Below are positions 63,019 to 64,000 of a DNA stretch of 64,000 nt, in pieces. Under the pieces are notes generated by a model that had not been told where the DNA came from, searched no databases, and saw only the letters and a program-made list of their open reading frames with translations. Source of the stretch: Camelus dromedarius (Eukaryota); assembly GCF_036321535.1 (NCBI RefSeq), contig NC_087437.1, positions 69,008,001 through 69,072,000 of the forward strand. Direction: 5' to 3'. Within the stretch, counting starts at the first letter, position 1; each line of letters opens with the position of its first letter. Made by a program: the position numbers and the translations under genes.

Positions 63019-64000
63019 CTGGAAAAAAAAAAAAAGAAAAAAAAGGAGCCCATTTGTCTGTCTCAAAGAGAACAGGGGAGGTGTTCCAGAGATTTTTTTA
63101 AAAATGTATTTTCTATTTAAAGAGGAGAGAGAGAAAGGAAGAAGAGAGATAACCCCCATGAAAGTCAAACTATCTATTTATTTAGTTATGTGTTTTGGGT
63201 TGCATTTTGCATTAATCGCCACCACACACAGGAGCCCTGCAATTTATTATTGGTGATAAGTGTGGACAGTAGCTATTATTTTTTCTCCCTGTTCTAAAAT
63301 GTGGCATAGTGGGACACAGAGATTTATGGAACATGCATTATTCAAAACTCCAGTTCTAGGATGGCTCAGCAGGAAGACTCCCAGCTATTTCCACAACCTT
63401 TTTTCAAAATTCTTCCTCACTTGCTTGCTTCATTTCCCTATCAGGGTGTTAGAAATCACTCAGAACTCAGAAGTGGGAGAATTCATCATGGATATCTTAT
63501 CAGTACAGTATCTTTCACAAATGGGAATGACTAGGAAACCCCTATTCTACAAAATCCACTGAAAAGCCCTGGAGGAAGAAAGTAGATTTTCATTGGAAGT
63601 AATAATATGAGCACCAGTTCACTAGCAAATTCCTTAGGTGTTAAAGACCCAAATGATACAGTCCTTTTTTTTTCCCTCCCAAACTTGAGTGTGCTAGTAA
63701 CCAGAAATTTTCATCATCAATCACTTAAAGGTGTTTTTTTTTCACTCACTATCCTGCTGCTTCATACATGGGCAAGATGCTTAAAAGGAAGAAAAATAAA
63801 TTAGAAACCCAAGAAAGGTATATAATAAAAAAAATTTAGAAAATAAAGTATATATATATATATAATATACTGTATTTATTAACACTGATATAGTAATGTG
63901 AATGAACTTGCAAATATACACCATTTGGAATTGTCAGAGTACAATACTTATAATTGCTACTAGTAGTAATCACCTTTGTATGTGTGTAACTTATGAAAGG

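Noticed and set aside
62781..63256. Several overlapping ORFs up to 148 aa
   Set aside because: Low-complexity CT, CA and poly-A sequence that lacks stop codons; no recognisable protein
1..64000. Remaining 60-125 aa ORFs in the track; prokaryote-type systems (CRISPR, operons)
   Set aside because: ORF lengths are as expected by chance, many start at TTG/GTG or overlap TEs, and none has a recognisable domain; the sequence is mammalian with no repeat-spacer array

Overview
This is AT-rich mammalian genomic DNA, most likely from a camelid (alpaca, llama or camel). That inference rests on a tRNA-derived SINE resembling the vic-1 type and on young L1 3' ends. The window looks like a large intron or intergenic region. 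It is dominated by transposon relics (MIR, L2, L1M, MLT1/MER21/ERV1 LTRs, MER2, MER20, MER5, MER53, MER104) and microsatellites, separated by repeat-poor stretches that may be regulatory. I recognise no known protein-coding exon, so no gene symbol is given. The only ORFs I can identify are two L1 ORF2 C-terminal fragments. Most L1 and LTR insertions lie on the minus strand, which hints at a plus-strand host gene. The most interesting unverified observations are: (1) three minus-strand exon candidates whose phases join into a hypothetical 61-aa ORF; (2) a 10-nt microexon candidate that is phase-compatible with a 92-nt exon candidate; (3) an 18-bp hairpin whose mismatches are all G-U pairs on the minus strand; and (4) a MER53 copy carrying a miR-1302-like seed. 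Repeat families were assigned from memory of consensus sequences, and boundaries are approximate unless a target-site duplication (TSD) is given.
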